Program-made: the position numbers and the translations under genes
In this document: positions 62,801-64,000 of the stretch, piece by piece
How positions within the stretch are numbered: the stretch's first letter is position 1
Layout of the letters: each line of letters begins with the position of its first letter
The notes under the pieces: model-generated
Database searches by the model: none
What the model saw: only the letters and a program-made list of their open reading frames with translations
Told to the model about the DNA's origin: nothing
Assembly (NCBI GenBank): GCA_977017645.1
Contig: OZ360247.1
Location: 16,430,001 to 16,494,000 of the forward strand
DNA length: 64,000 bases
From: Torpedo marmorata
Lineage: Eukaryota
Direction of reading: 5' to 3'

Positions 62801-63889
62801 GGATGCCAAAGTTGAGTCGCTGTCTTGATCTGACGCGATGGAGTGCTGGGTGTTCCGGGATTGCGGCACCCGTAAGTCGCTGTCTTGATCAGACGCGATG
62901 GAGTGCCGGGTGTTCCGGGATGGCGGCACCCGTGGGTCATGTCGGCGCGATGGCGGCGAACAAAATGGCCGCTCCCATGACTCGCACGTGTTGGCCGCGG
63001 GTATGTAAGATGGCGGCGACGGAAATGATGAAAAACAAGATGGCCACCCCCATGTCTCGCACATGGTGGCAGCGGACGGGCAAGATGGCAACGGCAACAA
63101 TGGCAACTCCCATGCCTCGCATGCGGCGCTGCTCGATCCCGCTCGCGGTTTTGACTTACAGACCTTGGCGAAATGGCCTTTCTTCCTGCAGCTGGATCAG
63201 GTCGCTTCTCAGGCTGGGCAACGTTTCTGGGGGTGCTTTTCGAGTCCGCAGAAGTAGCACTTCTCGGACTCGCGACTGACGGCAGCTGTGGTCGATTCGC
63301 TGGTGTGGTGCAGGGTCTGCGGTATCCACGGAGCCGGTGGGAGATCGCGCGCCTGGATAGCGTCGGAGTTCTGCAACGCGGCTTCCAGCGTGTCTGCCAG
63401 CTCTATCGCCGAGCGTAAGGTGAGGTCGGCTTGCTCCAGCAGGCGTTGGCGCACATACACCGACCTGGTCCCAGTGACGAAAGCGTCTCTTACCAGGAGC
63501 TCCGCGTGTTCTCCGGGCGTCAGTTCCTGGCAATCGCAGGCCCACACGAGTGTCTGTAGGGCCCGGATGAACTCCGCACTCGACTCACCAGGCCGCCGCT
63601 GCCGCATCGCTAACCGGTGTCGCGCGTATACCGTATTAACTGGCCGTATATATTGTCTTTTATGAGCGTTCATCGCGTCTTCGTAGATCTGCAGGTCTCG
63701 GATCATCGAGTAGACCCGTGAGGACTTTACGTTTTGAAGCGTCTTCGTGCACCTTGATTTCCTCCAGGAACGACTCAAAGTAGGCTAGCCAGAGTTCAAA
63801 AGCGTTGCCGGCCTCTGGTGTTTGTTGGTCGAGGTCCAGCTTGTCGGGTCTCAGGACATTTTCCATGCTTAAAATTTTGCTAATAAAAT

Positions 63890-64000
63890 TGATGAGCCCA
63901 TCAATAACTTCAAAAGACTAGAAGTTGTACTTGAACTGAAAGGCTTTTATTAGCAAAAGAATGGAGTCACATCCATGCTGGTAATCTGTCCCGGACTGGG
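63890..64000 (-). repeat. 5' LTR of the Gypsy element (partial)
   Basis: Direct repeat of 59596-59706. Confidence 0.92.

Larger units (their letters stand above)
59596..64000 (-). mobile_element. Ty3/Gypsy LTR retrotransposon (gag-PR-RT-RH-IN, frameshifted); 5' LTR runs off the window
   Basis: Gag from ATG 63866 with a CYFCG..HPQKRC knuckle; PR LFDSGS; RT SPW..., IDLKSAYHQ, PFG; RH SAVEKEAQA; IN HPG..C..C, HSDRG, NGQVER; PPT AAAAGGAGGGGTGAA next to the 3' LTR. Confidence 0.95.

Overview
Vertebrate genomic DNA, almost certainly from a cartilaginous fish (probably a ray or skate, judging by HE1/V-SINEs, Deu-SINE relics and Penelope pLTRs). Bases 1-24.8 kb are the almost transposon-free 3' end of a HoxB cluster: two-coding-exon hoxb3, hoxb2 and hoxb1 on the + strand. 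They carry recognisable classical enhancers: the Hoxb2 Krox20 r3/r5 and Meis-Pbx/Hox r4 sites, the Hoxb1 r4 autoregulatory element, and the 3' DR2 and DR5 retinoic acid response elements. A >4.3 kb purine-rich 9-bp satellite (GAAATGAGG/GGAATGAGG, with a 100-N gap and a ~1185-bp higher-order repeat) follows. Next comes a CpG-retaining, repeat-poor stretch to ~35 kb, then a dense nest of mobile elements: L1, Rex1/Babar, Penelope, a 5S-derived SINE, V-SINEs, Deu-SINE relics, a hAT MITE and Ty3/Gypsy. The most notable observations are: (1) a Gypsy element with no tRNA primer site, whose PBS position is a perfect 14-nt complement of its own LTR poly(A)-signal region, and whose RT has YLDN; (2) a 5S rRNA-headed SINE with a Rex1/Babar-like tail; (3) a ~377-bp copy of the hoxb1 3' region inserted 18.5 kb downstream; (4) the satellite at the Hox cluster edge. 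Coordinates were counted by eye. Repeat boundaries are approximate unless TSDs or TIRs are given.
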